DNA of 51,668 nt from Myxococcota bacterium (lineage in GTDB: Bacteria; Myxococcota_A; UBA9042; PHBI01; JAWLBL01): NCBI GenBank assembly GCA_041687695.1, contig JAWLBL010000002.1, positions 1 to 51,668 of the forward strand. Reading direction: 5' to 3'. Each line of letters starts with the position of its first letter. Position 1 is the first letter of the stretch. The notes below the pieces were generated by a model that saw nothing but the letters and a program-made list of their open reading frames with translations, searched no databases and was not told the DNA's origin. Position numbers and translations under genes: made by a program. Below are positions 29,666-38,905 of this stretch, piece by piece.

Positions 29666-31311
29666 GGAGTCGCAGGCCCCTCGTCACCGTCCGTCTTCCA
29701 GCGTCCCTCGGCGAAGACCAGCTTCTCGCCCCCGGTCAGCTCGGCCTGCACCAGCTCGAAGCCCATCCCCCAGCGCTTTCGTCCGCCCTGGCTCTCGTCC
29801 TTGGACTGCTGCGCCGTGCCCGCCACGCGCGCGCTGCCGCCCACCGGCGTCCGCAAGCGCGCCCGCACGTCGTCGGGCACACTCGTCAGCAGCGTCTTGG
29901 CCATGGTCTTCGTCAGCTCGGTCATCGCCAGCTCGATGGTCGCCTCGACCTTTCGGCTGAGCAGCCCGACGTCGATGGCCCCGGTGGCATTCACCGTCCC
30001 CTGGTCGGTCAGCACCCGCGCCGTCAGCTTGCCGCCGCCCAGCCCCACCGACACCTGCGCCGCGATGGTCGTCGCCCCGACCTCGCCGTCCGGCAGCACC
30101 AGCCCCGCCGCCGACAGCTCCTCGATCTTGGCCTCGACCCCGGCCCCGACCGTCGCCTCGAGCAGCCCCAGCCGCACCCCGCGCGCCTCGACCCCCTCGG
30201 GCCCGGTCAGCCGCTCGGCCCGCAGCCCCCGCGTCGTCACCTGCCCGGCCACCCCCAGCGCCCCCGGCTCGACCCGCACCGACACCGGCCCGTTCAGCCC
30301 CCGCGCCCCGACCGGCCCGCCCGCCAGCTCCGGCACGTCCAGGTTCGCCACCGCCCCCTCGAGCCGCCCGTCCGCCAGCTTCGCCTCGAGCCCCGTCAGC
30401 CGCCCGCCCTCCGGCGCCCACCCGGGCGCCAGCGCCTCGGCCTGCGCCGCCGCCACCGCCACGTCGCCCGTCGCCTCCAACGTCGGCTTCTCACCCGCGA
30501 AGCCCATCTTCCCGGCCAGCGCCACCTTCGCCCCGTCCGGCCCCGTCAGCGTCAGCCCCTTGGTCGCGAACCCCTGGTCCAGCCAGCGGAACCCGTCGAT
30601 GGCGATCGCCTCGTAGCCCACCTGCTTGCCCGCCTTGGCCAGGTCCGCCAGCGACCGCCCGCCGGTGAGATCCGCCACGATCTCCAGCCCCGCCTCGGGC
30701 GTGATGCGCACCGCCCCGGCCGCGTCCACCGCCTCGAAGCGCAGCCCCCACGCCGGCCACCCCAGCGTCACCACCCCGCGCTCCAGCCGGATGCCCTCGA
30801 TGAACAGCGCGCTCTTGGGCCGCGGCGGCGGCGTCCCCGGCGGCCGCTTCACCTCCGGCGGCAGCGGCCCCTTCTTGAAGGCGCCCTTGAGGCTGAACTG
30901 CCCGGCCTCGTCCCAGGCCAGATGCACCCCGTAGCCGACCGCCCGCACGTCATCAATCCGCAGCGGCGCCCCGAAGGCCGCCCCCCAGCCGACCCGCGCC
31001 GTCAGCGACCCGGCGGTGATGGCCTCGCGCCCCGACCGGTCCCGCACCACGGCCTCGCTCAGCCGCACCTCGCCCAGCGTCGGCCCGAAGCCCAGTGTCT
31101 GAAAGCTCAGCGCCCCCAGCGGCAGCCGCTCGGCCAGCGCCCGGCGGATGCTCTCTTGCCCGGCCGAGCTGTTGACCCAGAAGTACAGCGCCAGGTAGGC
31201 CGCCGCCGGCAGCAGCACCAGCGACGCCAGGATGGCGAACAGCACGAACCCACGCCCGCGCGGGCGCGAGTCGGAGCCCGAAGGAGCGTCTTCGGCTGGG
31301 CGGCGCGTCAT
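29662..31311 (-). CDS. AsmA-like membrane-anchored protein, 549 aa
   Basis: N-terminal transmembrane helix followed by an AsmA/TamB-like start (WVNSSAGQESIRRAL...LSEAVVRDRSGREAI). Its stop overlaps the next GTG (GTGA). Confidence 0.65.
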   Translation of the reverse strand: MTRRPAEDAPSGSDSRPRGRGFVLFAILASLVLLPAAAYLALYFWVNSSAGQESIRRALAERLPLGALSFQTLGFGPTLGEVRLSEAVVRDRSGREAITAGSLTARVGWGAAFGAPLRIDDVRAVGYGVHLAWDEAGQFSLKGAFKKGPLPPEVKRPPGTPPPRPKSALFIEGIRLERGVVTLGWPAWGLRFEAVDAAGAVRITPEAGLEIVADLTGGRSLADLAKAGKQVGYEAIAIDGFRWLDQGFATKGLTLTGPDGAKVALAGKMGFAGEKPTLEATGDVAVAAAQAEALAPGWAPEGGRLTGLEAKLADGRLEGAVANLDVPELAGGPVGARGLNGPVSVRVEPGALGVAGQVTTRGLRAERLTGPEGVEARGVRLGLLEATVGAGVEAKIEELSAAGLVLPDGEVGATTIAAQVSVGLGGGKLTARVLTDQGTVNATGAIDVGLLSRKVEATIELAMTELTKTMAKTLLTSVPDDVRARLRTPVGGSARVAGTAQQSKDESQGGRKRWGMGFELVQAELTGGEKLVFAEGRWKTDGDEGPATP

Positions 31312-31460
31312 CGACGCGGAGTATAGGCGCGGGCCCGGCCGCTGGCCAGCACACCGTCATGCGTCGAAACGAGCCCCCGGCCCCGTCCCCCGCGCTTCCC
31401 CCGCGCGCCCCGTCCGCGCTTGTGCTAAAGACGCGCCGCCCCTGCCCGACGGAGGATCCG

Positions 31461-32966
31461 ATGGCCAAGTCGAACAAGCCCGCCCGCAAGGACAAGAAGA
31501 CCGCCGACCGCCAGGCCCGCAGCCTCGCCCAGCGCCGCGCCCGCGCCGCCGTCGCCAAGCTGTTCCAGGGCCCCGCCGACCGCGAGGCCGTCGAGCGCGC
31601 CCTGTACGGCGCCGACCGCGCCGTCGCCCACGAGCTGCTCCTGACCCGCCTGGCCGACAGCCCCCCCGACCCCACCCCGCTGCCCCACTTCATCGAGGCC
31701 TTCTCCGTCCTGGGCCTCGACCTGGTCGTGCCCGACCTCATCGCCCTCGCCCAGGCGCCCGAGATGCCGCTGGCCGCCCGCGGCTTCGCCTACGAGGTCC
31801 TGGCCGAGCTGACCGACCCCAAGCCCCTGCTGCGCCCGGTCATCGCCAAGGGCGACCCCGACATGCTGCAGCGCATCCTCACCGCCTCGGCCGTCGGCGC
31901 CCTCCTGCGCGGCCCCACCTCCGCGGCCTCTCGCGGCCGCCTGGCGGCCCTCCTCACCGCCGAGCCGACCTCGCACGGCGTCGACATCGTCGAGGCGGCC
32001 CGCGCCGTCCTCGCCCAGCAGGCCTCGTGGGTCTATGGCCTGGTGGCCGACCGCGGGCTGCCCGCCCCCGCGCGCCCCGTCGCCCTCGACGCCCTGGTCG
32101 CCGAGGCCTCCATGGGCGCCCTCGCCGTCCTCGACGCCCTGCTCGACGACCACGCCCACCACGGCCACCCCAGCGCCCCCCTCGACGACGACGCCCGCGC
32201 CGCCTACGCCGACGCCCGCGCTCGCCTGCTCGCCCGGGCCGCCGACCGCCCCCTGCCCGACGGCCGCGCCGTCGCCAGCACGCTGCTGCCGGCCGGGGCC
32301 TACTCGGTCGCCGTCAGCCTGACCCTGCCGGACCGCCCGCAGCCCATCGGCCTCATCCTCGACCTCGACTCCAGCTATGGCCTCGAGGCCGCCGCCACGA
32401 CGCCAGACGGCGCCGAGCTCCTCGACCAGGCCCTCCACGAGCCCGCGCGCGCCGCGCAGGTCGATCTCCCCACGGCCGTCGCCCTCTTCCTCGACGCCAT
32501 GACCTGCATGGCCGACAGGCACGCCGATCTGGCCGTGCGCGAGGTCCGCCTGCTGCTCTCCCTGCCCGCGCGCGACGTGGCGCTCCCCGAGCCCTCCGCC
32601 TCCCCCGCGCCCCCTGACCCCGAGGCCCTGACGGCCCTGCTCGACCACCCAGCGCTCGAGGACCTCATTCCCGACGCCGACGAGCTCCCCGACGTCCCCT
32701 TCGGGCCGCGCTTCGACGAGGCCGACCGCGCGGCCTGGGTCGCCGGTGTCCGCGCCCGGCTCGACGAGGCGACGCTCTCGGCCCTGTCCTGGCGGCTGCT
32801 CTACCTCGCGCGCTTCTTCACCTTCCGCGGCGAGCACGACACCGCCGCCCTGCTGGCCGCCCAGCGCGAGGCCCTCGAGACCCAGGGCCTCGACAACCCC
32901 GTCACCGCCTGGGGCCTCTCGCGCTTTTACGACTACCTCGCCATCACGGCCACCTACCACCCGTGA
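31461..32966 (+). CDS. Hypothetical protein, about 501 aa
   Basis: GGAGG RBS before ATG 31461, strong third-position GC bias, GTGA overlap with rarD. No motif recognised. Confidence 0.75.
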   Translation: MAKSNKPARKDKKTADRQARSLAQRRARAAVAKLFQGPADREAVERALYGADRAVAHELLLTRLADSPPDPTPLPHFIEAFSVLGLDLVVPDLIALAQAPEMPLAARGFAYEVLAELTDPKPLLRPVIAKGDPDMLQRILTASAVGALLRGPTSAASRGRLAALLTAEPTSHGVDIVEAARAVLAQQASWVYGLVADRGLPAPARPVALDALVAEASMGALAVLDALLDDHAHHGHPSAPLDDDARAAYADARARLLARAADRPLPDGRAVASTLLPAGAYSVAVSLTLPDRPQPIGLILDLDSSYGLEAAATTPDGAELLDQALHEPARAAQVDLPTAVALFLDAMTCMADRHADLAVREVRLLLSLPARDVALPEPSASPAPPDPEALTALLDHPALEDLIPDADELPDVPFGPRFDEADRAAWVAGVRARLDEATLSALSWRLLYLARFFTFRGEHDTAALLAAQREALETQGLDNPVTAWGLSRFYDYLAITATYHP

Positions 32967-33838
32967 CCCCCACCCAGTCGGGCCTGCTCTACGGCGTCGG
33001 CGCCTACCTCTGGTGGGGCCTCGCGCCCCTTTACTTCAAGGCCATCGCCCACGTCTCGCCGGTCGAGGTCCTCGCCCACCGCGTCACCTGGTCCCTGGGC
33101 GTGCTGGCCCTCCTCCTCGCGCTCTCCCGCCAGTGGCGCACCGCCGCCGCGGCCCTGCGCGACCCCTCGGTCCGCCTGCGCCTGCTCGCCACCTCGGCCC
33201 TCATCGCCACCAACTGGCTGGTCTTCATCTGGGCCATCGCCAACCACCGCCTGGTCGAGGCCAGCCTCGGCTACTTCATCAACCCCCTGGTCAACGTCGC
33301 CCTCGGCGTGCTCCTGCTCGGCGAGCGCCTCCGCCCCCTGCAGGTCGTCGCGGTCCTGCTCGCCGCCGCCGGCGTGACCCTGCTGACCTTGCGCCTGGGC
33401 CACCTGCCCTGGGTCGCCCTCGTGCTGGCCGTCTCCTTCGCCCTGTACGGCCTGCTCCGCAAGACGGCCCGCGTCGAGAGTCTGGTCGGCCTGTCCCTCG
33501 AGACGCTCCTGCTCGCCCCCCTCTCCGTGGCCTACCTGCTGTGGGCCCCCGACCGCCACTTCCTCGCCCACTCCACCACCACCGACCTCCTGCTCCTCTC
33601 GGCCGGCGTCGTCACCTCGGTCCCCCTGCTCTGGTTCGCCACCGCGGCCCGCCGCCTGCGCCTCACCACCGTCGGCCTGCTCCAATACCTGGCCCCCTCG
33701 GCCCAGCTCGCCATCGCGACGCTCCTGTTCGGCGAGCCCTTCACCCCCACCCACGCCCTGTCCTTCGGCCTCATCTGGACCGCCCTGCTCCTGTACACCT
33801 CGGCCAACCTCCCCCGCCTCCGCCGCACCCCCGCCTGA
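32963..33838 (+). CDS. rarD: EamA-family transporter RarD
   Basis: AYLWWGLAPLYFK, EVLAHRVTWS, NWLVFIWA, EASLGYFINPLV, SFALYGLLRK, GLLQYLAP; about 10 hydrophobic segments. Confidence 0.93.
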   Translation: MTPTQSGLLYGVGAYLWWGLAPLYFKAIAHVSPVEVLAHRVTWSLGVLALLLALSRQWRTAAAALRDPSVRLRLLATSALIATNWLVFIWAIANHRLVEASLGYFINPLVNVALGVLLLGERLRPLQVVAVLLAAAGVTLLTLRLGHLPWVALVLAVSFALYGLLRKTARVESLVGLSLETLLLAPLSVAYLLWAPDRHFLAHSTTTDLLLLSAGVVTSVPLLWFATAARRLRLTTVGLLQYLAPSAQLAIATLLFGEPFTPTHALSFGLIWTALLLYTSANLPRLRRTPA

Positions 33839-33868
33839 CCCCGCCACCGCCCCCTCCGCGCCGACCTC

Positions 33869-34700
33869 CTGGGACCGCCGGCTTCCAGCCGGCCTGCCTC
33901 GGCCGCCCCCTTCGCCCCCCGCCGGCCTCCCCGGAGTGCCCGCGCTCGCGCGGGCTCGTTCCCGCGCCGCTCGCGGCGCGCCGCCTTTGACCGCCGGCTC
34001 GCAGCCGGCCCGGCCGGCCCCTTGGGATCGCCGGCTTCTAGAGGGTGTCGTATGGATGCCGGCTGAGGCGGCCATGGAGTGCTCCGGCTTGCCGGAGCCC
34101 CGGCCCCGGCGGCTTGCCGCCGGGATCTGGCCGCCAAACCCGGCGCAGCAAGCTGCGCCGGATGGGGGCTCCACCAAGGTGGAGCACTCCGGTTGGGCTC
34201 TTGCGACACCCTCTTCCAGCCGGCCGGCCTCGCCGCCTTCCCCCGCAGGGTCGCCGCTGGACTCGCCGCCAGCCTCGGCCGCCCCCTGGACCGCCGGCTT
34301 CCAGCCGGCCTGGCTCGGCCGCCCCCTTCGCCCGCCGGCGCTCCCCGCCGGCCTCCCTGGAGTACCCGCGCCCGCGCGGGCTCGTTCCCGCGCCGCTCGC
34401 GGCGCGCCCCCTCTCGCCCCCGACTCCCAGCCGTCCCGCCTCGGCCGCCCCCCTCGCCCCCCGACGCTCCCCGCCGGCCTCCCTTGGCCGCCCCCTTCGC
34501 CCCCCGGCGCTCCCCGCCGGCCTCCCTGGAGCGCCCGCGCTCGCGCGGGCTCGGTCCCGCGCCGCTCGCGGCGCGCCCCCTCTCGCCCCCGACTCCCAGC
34601 CGTCCCGCCTCGGCCGCCCCCCTGGGATCGCCGGCTTCCAGCCGGCCGTCCTCCCCGCCTTCCCCCGCAGGGTCGCCGCCGGACTCGCCGCTGGCCTCAA
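33869..34700. repeat. REP/BIME-like mosaic: palindromic GGGAYCGCCGGCTTCCAGCCGGC units plus three longer C-rich repeats
   Basis: Units at 33871, 33989 (variant), 34024 (partial), 34213 (partial), 34288 and 34624. The block cgcgggctcgKtcccgcgccgctcgcggcgcgcc occurs three times. Confidence 0.88.
34076..34190. repeat. 115-bp four-hairpin element, copy 1 (GGAGTGCTCC...GGAGCACTCC)
   Basis: Terminal 10-bp inverted repeats and four internal hairpins; near-identical copies at 51434 and 51610. Confidence 0.9.
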
Positions 34701-34706
34701 TCGGCC

Positions 34707-35945
34707 TCAGTCCGGCACCGCGCTAGGGATCGTCAGCAAGACCTCGCTGTCGTCGATGACCTGCCAAACAGGATCGCGACCCGACAACGCCCGCGTCTCG
34801 CGCAGGATGACCGGCACCCCGTCGCCTTGCGCCTCCATGAAGAACCCGCGCCCGCTCCCCTGTCCGGCTTCTCCGACGGGCAGCTTCACCAGCACCGACT
34901 TGATGGCCTCGTTCCGCGTCGACTGCCTCAGCGCGATGCTGTCGACCGACAATGTACCGGGCAGCGCCCCCGGCGAGTACAACTCGAGCCGATCGTCGAA
35001 CACGAACATCCGGATACGCGAGCCGTAGCTCGAGTAGTCACGGTGCACGACCGCGTTGACGATGGCCTCGAACAGGGCCCGCTCGGAGAACTGCGTGACC
35101 TCCTGCCTCGGCGGTCCCTGGCGCACGAACCTCCGCATGTTCCGTCGCGCAAAGGCATACAGTCCGAGGATCTGCTGATCGAGCGGCCCGGTGATGTCCG
35201 CTGCGTCGATCTGCCGCGTCGAGTCCTGGTCGACCCCCACGAACCGCACGGCTCGCGCGCTCGCGCCCGGTAGCCAACGCTCGGGATGGGAAGAGCACAG
35301 GAGCGCACCTGCCACGGTCACACGCTCCTGCCCGTCCAGGTTCGTCAGCAGCTTCCGTTTGTGCAGCGTCCGCAGGGGGGCTTCGACCCGCGGGTCACAG
35401 AAGCGCTCCCAGAGCTCGGGCTTCAGATCCGACAGCTGCGCCTCGGGGACGGCCTGCTCGTCGAAGCGGATGAGCCGCGCCTGACTGCGCTGCTGGAACA
35501 AGCGACCCAGGAGCTCGGGCGACAGCTCGCGCTTGCGGCTCCCGATGCGGTGGAAGTAGCCCCCGGGGCTCTCGTGGACGAACAGGCTGCGCGGGACCTC
35601 GACCTTCAGGACGGCCCGCATCGTCCCCGTCGCATCGGGCAGCTCCATCCGCAGGATGTGCACCAGCAGGGGCGGCTCGACGCTGTCGCTGCAGATCTCG
35701 CGCACCAGGGCCTCGACGGCATCGAGCGCCTCGACCGCGATGCCCCGAACCTCGCGCGACCGGTCGTCCACCCCCAGGACGCACACTCCGTCGGCGGTGT
35801 TGGCCATGGCCGCCAGCGCGTCGGCCAGCTCGTCCCGGCGCGGCCCGACCACCCGAGACCCTCGCAGCTCCACCGCCTTCAGCTCGAGCGCATTGTCCTC
35901 GCCCAGCCGTATCCGTCCGAGGAGCGCCTCTACCGAGCCGAACAT
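34707..35945 (-). CDS. AlbA_2 (Schlafen-like) domain plus HATPase_c_4 protein, 412 aa
   Basis: GEDNALELK, AAMANTADG..VLGVDD, YFHRIGS, ALFEAIVNAVVHRDYS, DDRLELYSPG, RN, MEAQGDG. No C-terminal HTH is visible. Confidence 0.85.
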   Translation of the reverse strand: MFGSVEALLGRIRLGEDNALELKAVELRGSRVVGPRRDELADALAAMANTADGVCVLGVDDRSREVRGIAVEALDAVEALVREICSDSVEPPLLVHILRMELPDATGTMRAVLKVEVPRSLFVHESPGGYFHRIGSRKRELSPELLGRLFQQRSQARLIRFDEQAVPEAQLSDLKPELWERFCDPRVEAPLRTLHKRKLLTNLDGQERVTVAGALLCSSHPERWLPGASARAVRFVGVDQDSTRQIDAADITGPLDQQILGLYAFARRNMRRFVRQGPPRQEVTQFSERALFEAIVNAVVHRDYSSYGSRIRMFVFDDRLELYSPGALPGTLSVDSIALRQSTRNEAIKSVLVKLPVGEAGQGSGRGFFMEAQGDGVPVILRETRALSGRDPVWQVIDDSEVLLTIPSAVPD

Positions 35946-36115
35946 CTCCTCTCCTCATCCGCGCCGCGACTTATACCCAGGGCGTCACATATGCGCCGAA
36001 TACTTCGTACGCCCGGCCCGCCAATTCAATGGACGGGTCGGGCGGACGGGCGCGGTGGCTTGGACCATCAAGGGCCGGCTTCGGCGTGCGCCTCGGCCGC
36101 TCCCCCCCCGAGCGC

Positions 36116-37558
36116 CTACATGGGAGCTGGGACCAGCTGCTGGGCGCGCATGGCCTGAATGGAAACGAAGGCATCGATGGTGCCCTGTGAGGCGGCCTCG
36201 TTGAACGTTTCAAAGGCCTTGCTGATGGCCGCACCGGCGGGGCTGGTGCCAACCATGGTGGTCTCCAAGAAGATCCAATGGTCGACGCCCGGAGCCGATT
36301 GCACAGCCACGAACGCGTGGCCTGGGACGAAAACGATGCCCGGGTTCATCCCCATGGCTTCCAGGGCGCTGGCGAAGACCAGAGAGCCGTCGATGCAGTT
36401 CTGGCTGCCGCTGATGAGCGACTCGGCCGGCGTCTTCACGTTCTGAGAGGCTGCGCCGAAGTAAGCCTGAGGAACGTGGGCGTAGACCATCCCGCGCGCG
36501 CGCAGCGCCTCGTGGATGGCGCCGATCTGGTCGGCGGCGCCTTCGTTGAGGCCGATCGTGCGCAGACCCTCGAACTTCACCGGGTACGAGTCGTTGGAGC
36601 AGGCGTAGTGCGTGTAGATGGAAGCCTCGGGCGCCGTCCAGATCTCCTGGGCGAAGTCCGTTCCTTCGGCCCACCAAACCGGCTCGGCCTCGGCCGTGGC
36701 CTGCCCGAGGTAGACGTAGTAGCCGCCGGCCCAGTCGTCGTCCATGTTGACCTTGACCTGAACCTGCTGACCAGCTTGATAGAAGGCTTGGCCGATGATG
36801 ACGCAGTCGTTCGCGTCCGCCGTGACGTTGAACGACTTGGGCTTGTCGGCGTACTGGTAGCCAATCATCTTTCCGAACGCGCTCTTGCCCGCCGCCTCGG
36901 TCAGCAGCTTGTCGATCTGGTTCTGAGCGTCATGAGGTGTGACCAGCGCGGCGATGAGGTGCATCGTGTTCACGGACTGCCCGTCCTTGCCCGGCACGGA
37001 CCAGAACACGGTGTTCTTGGGCGCTACCTTCAGCGTCTTGGACGCGGTCGCGACGACTTGACCGTCTTCGCTGACGGTCACCTGGAAGTTCGAGGTGACC
37101 GTCGCGCTGAGGGCGTACAGGGCGTCGTACTTGAAGGTCAGCGACGGGGTCAGGACGCGGCGCTCGCCGGGGGCCAGGGTGACCTGCTCGGTCGCCGGGT
37201 GGCTGTAGCCCTGCAGCTCGGCCGTCACGACCAGCGAGCGGGTCTGGTCGGTACCGTTGGCGATGGCCACCTCGCGGACGAAGTGGAGCTTGCCGCTGTC
37301 GAGGCTGATCTGGCCGAAGACGTGGGCGATGTAGGTCGGGAAGACGTCGTCGCCGAAGACGGCCAGCCTCGGCGTCTCGACCGTGATCTGGCCGGTGATG
37401 GGGACCTTGTCGGACGCGTCGCTGCCGCCCTGGGTGTCGCCGGTCCAGGCGTCGCCGACCGGGCCGTAGTAACCGGGACCGCTGCCTCCGGAGCTGTCGC
37501 AGGCCCAAAGAGCACACGAGAATGCGGCCGCCATCAGCGGCGCCACAGCGAGTCGCAT
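36116..37558 (-). CDS. Lipoprotein with a C-terminal transglutaminase-like (Cys-His-Glu) domain, about 480 aa
   Basis: Lipobox ALWAC; QNVKTPAES...NCIDGS, VPGHAFV, FLETT. Confidence 0.7.
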   Translation of the reverse strand: MRLAVAPLMAAAFSCALWACDSSGGSGPGYYGPVGDAWTGDTQGGSDASDKVPITGQITVETPRLAVFGDDVFPTYIAHVFGQISLDSGKLHFVREVAIANGTDQTRSLVVTAELQGYSHPATEQVTLAPGERRVLTPSLTFKYDALYALSATVTSNFQVTVSEDGQVVATASKTLKVAPKNTVFWSVPGKDGQSVNTMHLIAALVTPHDAQNQIDKLLTEAAGKSAFGKMIGYQYADKPKSFNVTADANDCVIIGQAFYQAGQQVQVKVNMDDDWAGGYYVYLGQATAEAEPVWWAEGTDFAQEIWTAPEASIYTHYACSNDSYPVKFEGLRTIGLNEGAADQIGAIHEALRARGMVYAHVPQAYFGAASQNVKTPAESLISGSQNCIDGSLVFASALEAMGMNPGIVFVPGHAFVAVQSAPGVDHWIFLETTMVGTSPAGAAISKAFETFNEAASQGTIDAFVSIQAMRAQQLVPAPM

Positions 37559-37681
37559 GGAGATCCCCCCGAATCGTGAGCGAGCCAGCGACGAGCCGGC
37601 CATTGATGATTGGGGCGGGACGCTACGCCGGGTCGCTCCGGATCGTCAAGCGCACCAGCGCGAGGACCTGACTGAAACGCG

Positions 37682-37712
37682 CCGGGGGTTCGAAACCGGA
37701 TCGAACCCCCGG
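37682..37712 (-). terminator. Hairpin just downstream of 37724-38518, possible terminator
   Basis: Perfect 12-bp stem ccgggggttcga / tcgaacccccgg, 11 nt after the stop codon; the U-tract is weak. Confidence 0.55.
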
Positions 37713-37723
37713 ACGCGCGAAGC

Positions 37724-38518
37724 TCAGGCGACGGGCTCGCCTTCGTCTTCGTCTTCGTCTTCGTCCTCGTCCTCGTTCTCGGTCGCAGCTTCGTCGGCGA
37801 GGTCGTCGAGGAGGTCGGCGTCGGCGGCCGACGCCGCGACGGGCGAGCGGTTCGAACTGCCCGCCGGGCGGCCGCCCTTCTTGAAGCCGAGCTGGTTGAG
37901 CAGGCGGCCGTCGGAGATGACGTTGCGGGCGATGGTGGACCACTCGAGGTACCAGGCCCACAGGGCGTCTTCTGCTGCGGCGGTGTCGGGCGCGGAGGGG
38001 GGCTGGGGCTCGGGGGCGTCCTCGAGGCTGCCGGCGCGCTTGAGCAGCGCGCGGACGGGGGCCAGCTCCTTGGCGGTGAGGCCGCGGCGCTCGAGCAGCT
38101 GGCGGGCGGCGAGGCCCCGCTCGTCGGGAGAGCCGTCGGGGTGCACGCCCAGCGCGTCCAGGCGGCGGACGAAGGTGCCGACCGAGACCACGACCGCGGG
38201 GCCCTGGGACTGCGAGAGGTTGTTGAAGACGACCTTGTGGACGTCGGGGAAGCGGCGCGCCAGCGACGCCTGCGCGATGGGGAACCACTTGTTCTCCCAC
38301 TCGTCGAGCAGATCGATGACCTTCGGCTCGACGTCGGGCTCGGGGACGCTGAAGTCCAGCAGCGGCCCAATGGCCGCCTGCAAGAGCTGCAAGCCCTCCT
38401 TGTAGTCGGCCTCGCCGAAGCCGTGGGCGCGGAGCAGGCTGTTGATGCGCCGGTTGCGCAGGGCCAGGATGAACTTGAGGACGCGCTCTGCTTTGTCGGA
38501 CATGGTCTGACGGACCAT
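37724..38518 (-). CDS. Hypothetical helical protein with an acidic C-terminal tail, about 264 aa
   Basis: AAGGAG RBS before ATG 38518, typical codon usage, LWAWYLEWSTIAR...LLNQLGF motif, EDEDED tail. Confidence 0.78.
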   Translation of the reverse strand: MVRQTMSDKAERVLKFILALRNRRINSLLRAHGFGEADYKEGLQLLQAAIGPLLDFSVPEPDVEPKVIDLLDEWENKWFPIAQASLARRFPDVHKVVFNNLSQSQGPAVVVSVGTFVRRLDALGVHPDGSPDERGLAARQLLERRGLTAKELAPVRALLKRAGSLEDAPEPQPPSAPDTAAAEDALWAWYLEWSTIARNVISDGRLLNQLGFKKGGRPAGSSNRSPVAASAADADLLDDLADEAATENEDEDEDEDEDEGEPVA

Positions 38519-38905
38519 GGCGGACTCCTTCCTCGCGGTCACGCGAGCGAGAGGGGTTGAGCCCCGAGGGGCGGTCGTGAAGCGGATTCGGAGTCATGGT
38601 GGACCGCCGCTGTCGGCCTTGTCCAGAGCACCCGGCCCGAATTCCTGCGGCGCCGTGCCGCCCCCCGCGCGATGCCCTCGCTCACCAGGCCGCTCCCCCG
38701 GCTCGAATCCTCCCGAACCGGCTCCGGGGATCGAGGTCCCCCACTTTTTCGAGTCGATCCCCCACTAAATCGGTGCGAGTACCGGGTTTTTCCATCGAAA
38801 CCCCGGGTTTTCGTCTCGCACGGGAGGTGGGGGCGCGACCTCGGAAGCCAGGGACTCGACGCTGAAACCCTGTGAGGCGCTCGTCGGTTTGCGTTCCGGG
38901 CGAGA

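Noticed and set aside
34076..34190. tRNA interpretation of the multi-hairpin element
   Set aside because: Loops are 2 nt, there is no T-loop or anticodon loop, and there is no CCA end.
34036..34216. TTC as a target-site duplication around the four-hairpin element
   Set aside because: It is too short, and the 51-kb copies have different junctions, so it is not supported.
33869..34700. CRISPR array interpretation of the repeats
   Set aside because: Spacing is irregular, the intervening sequences are themselves repeats, and there are no cas genes in the window.
33532..35273. ORFs spanning the repeat mosaic, and similar ones at 50927-51591
   Set aside because: They are translations of the repeats; similar peptides at the two loci simply reflect the DNA repeat.
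37741..37777. Hexamer repeat (tcttcg/tcctcg)
   Set aside because: It simply encodes the Glu-Asp tail of the 37724-38518 protein.
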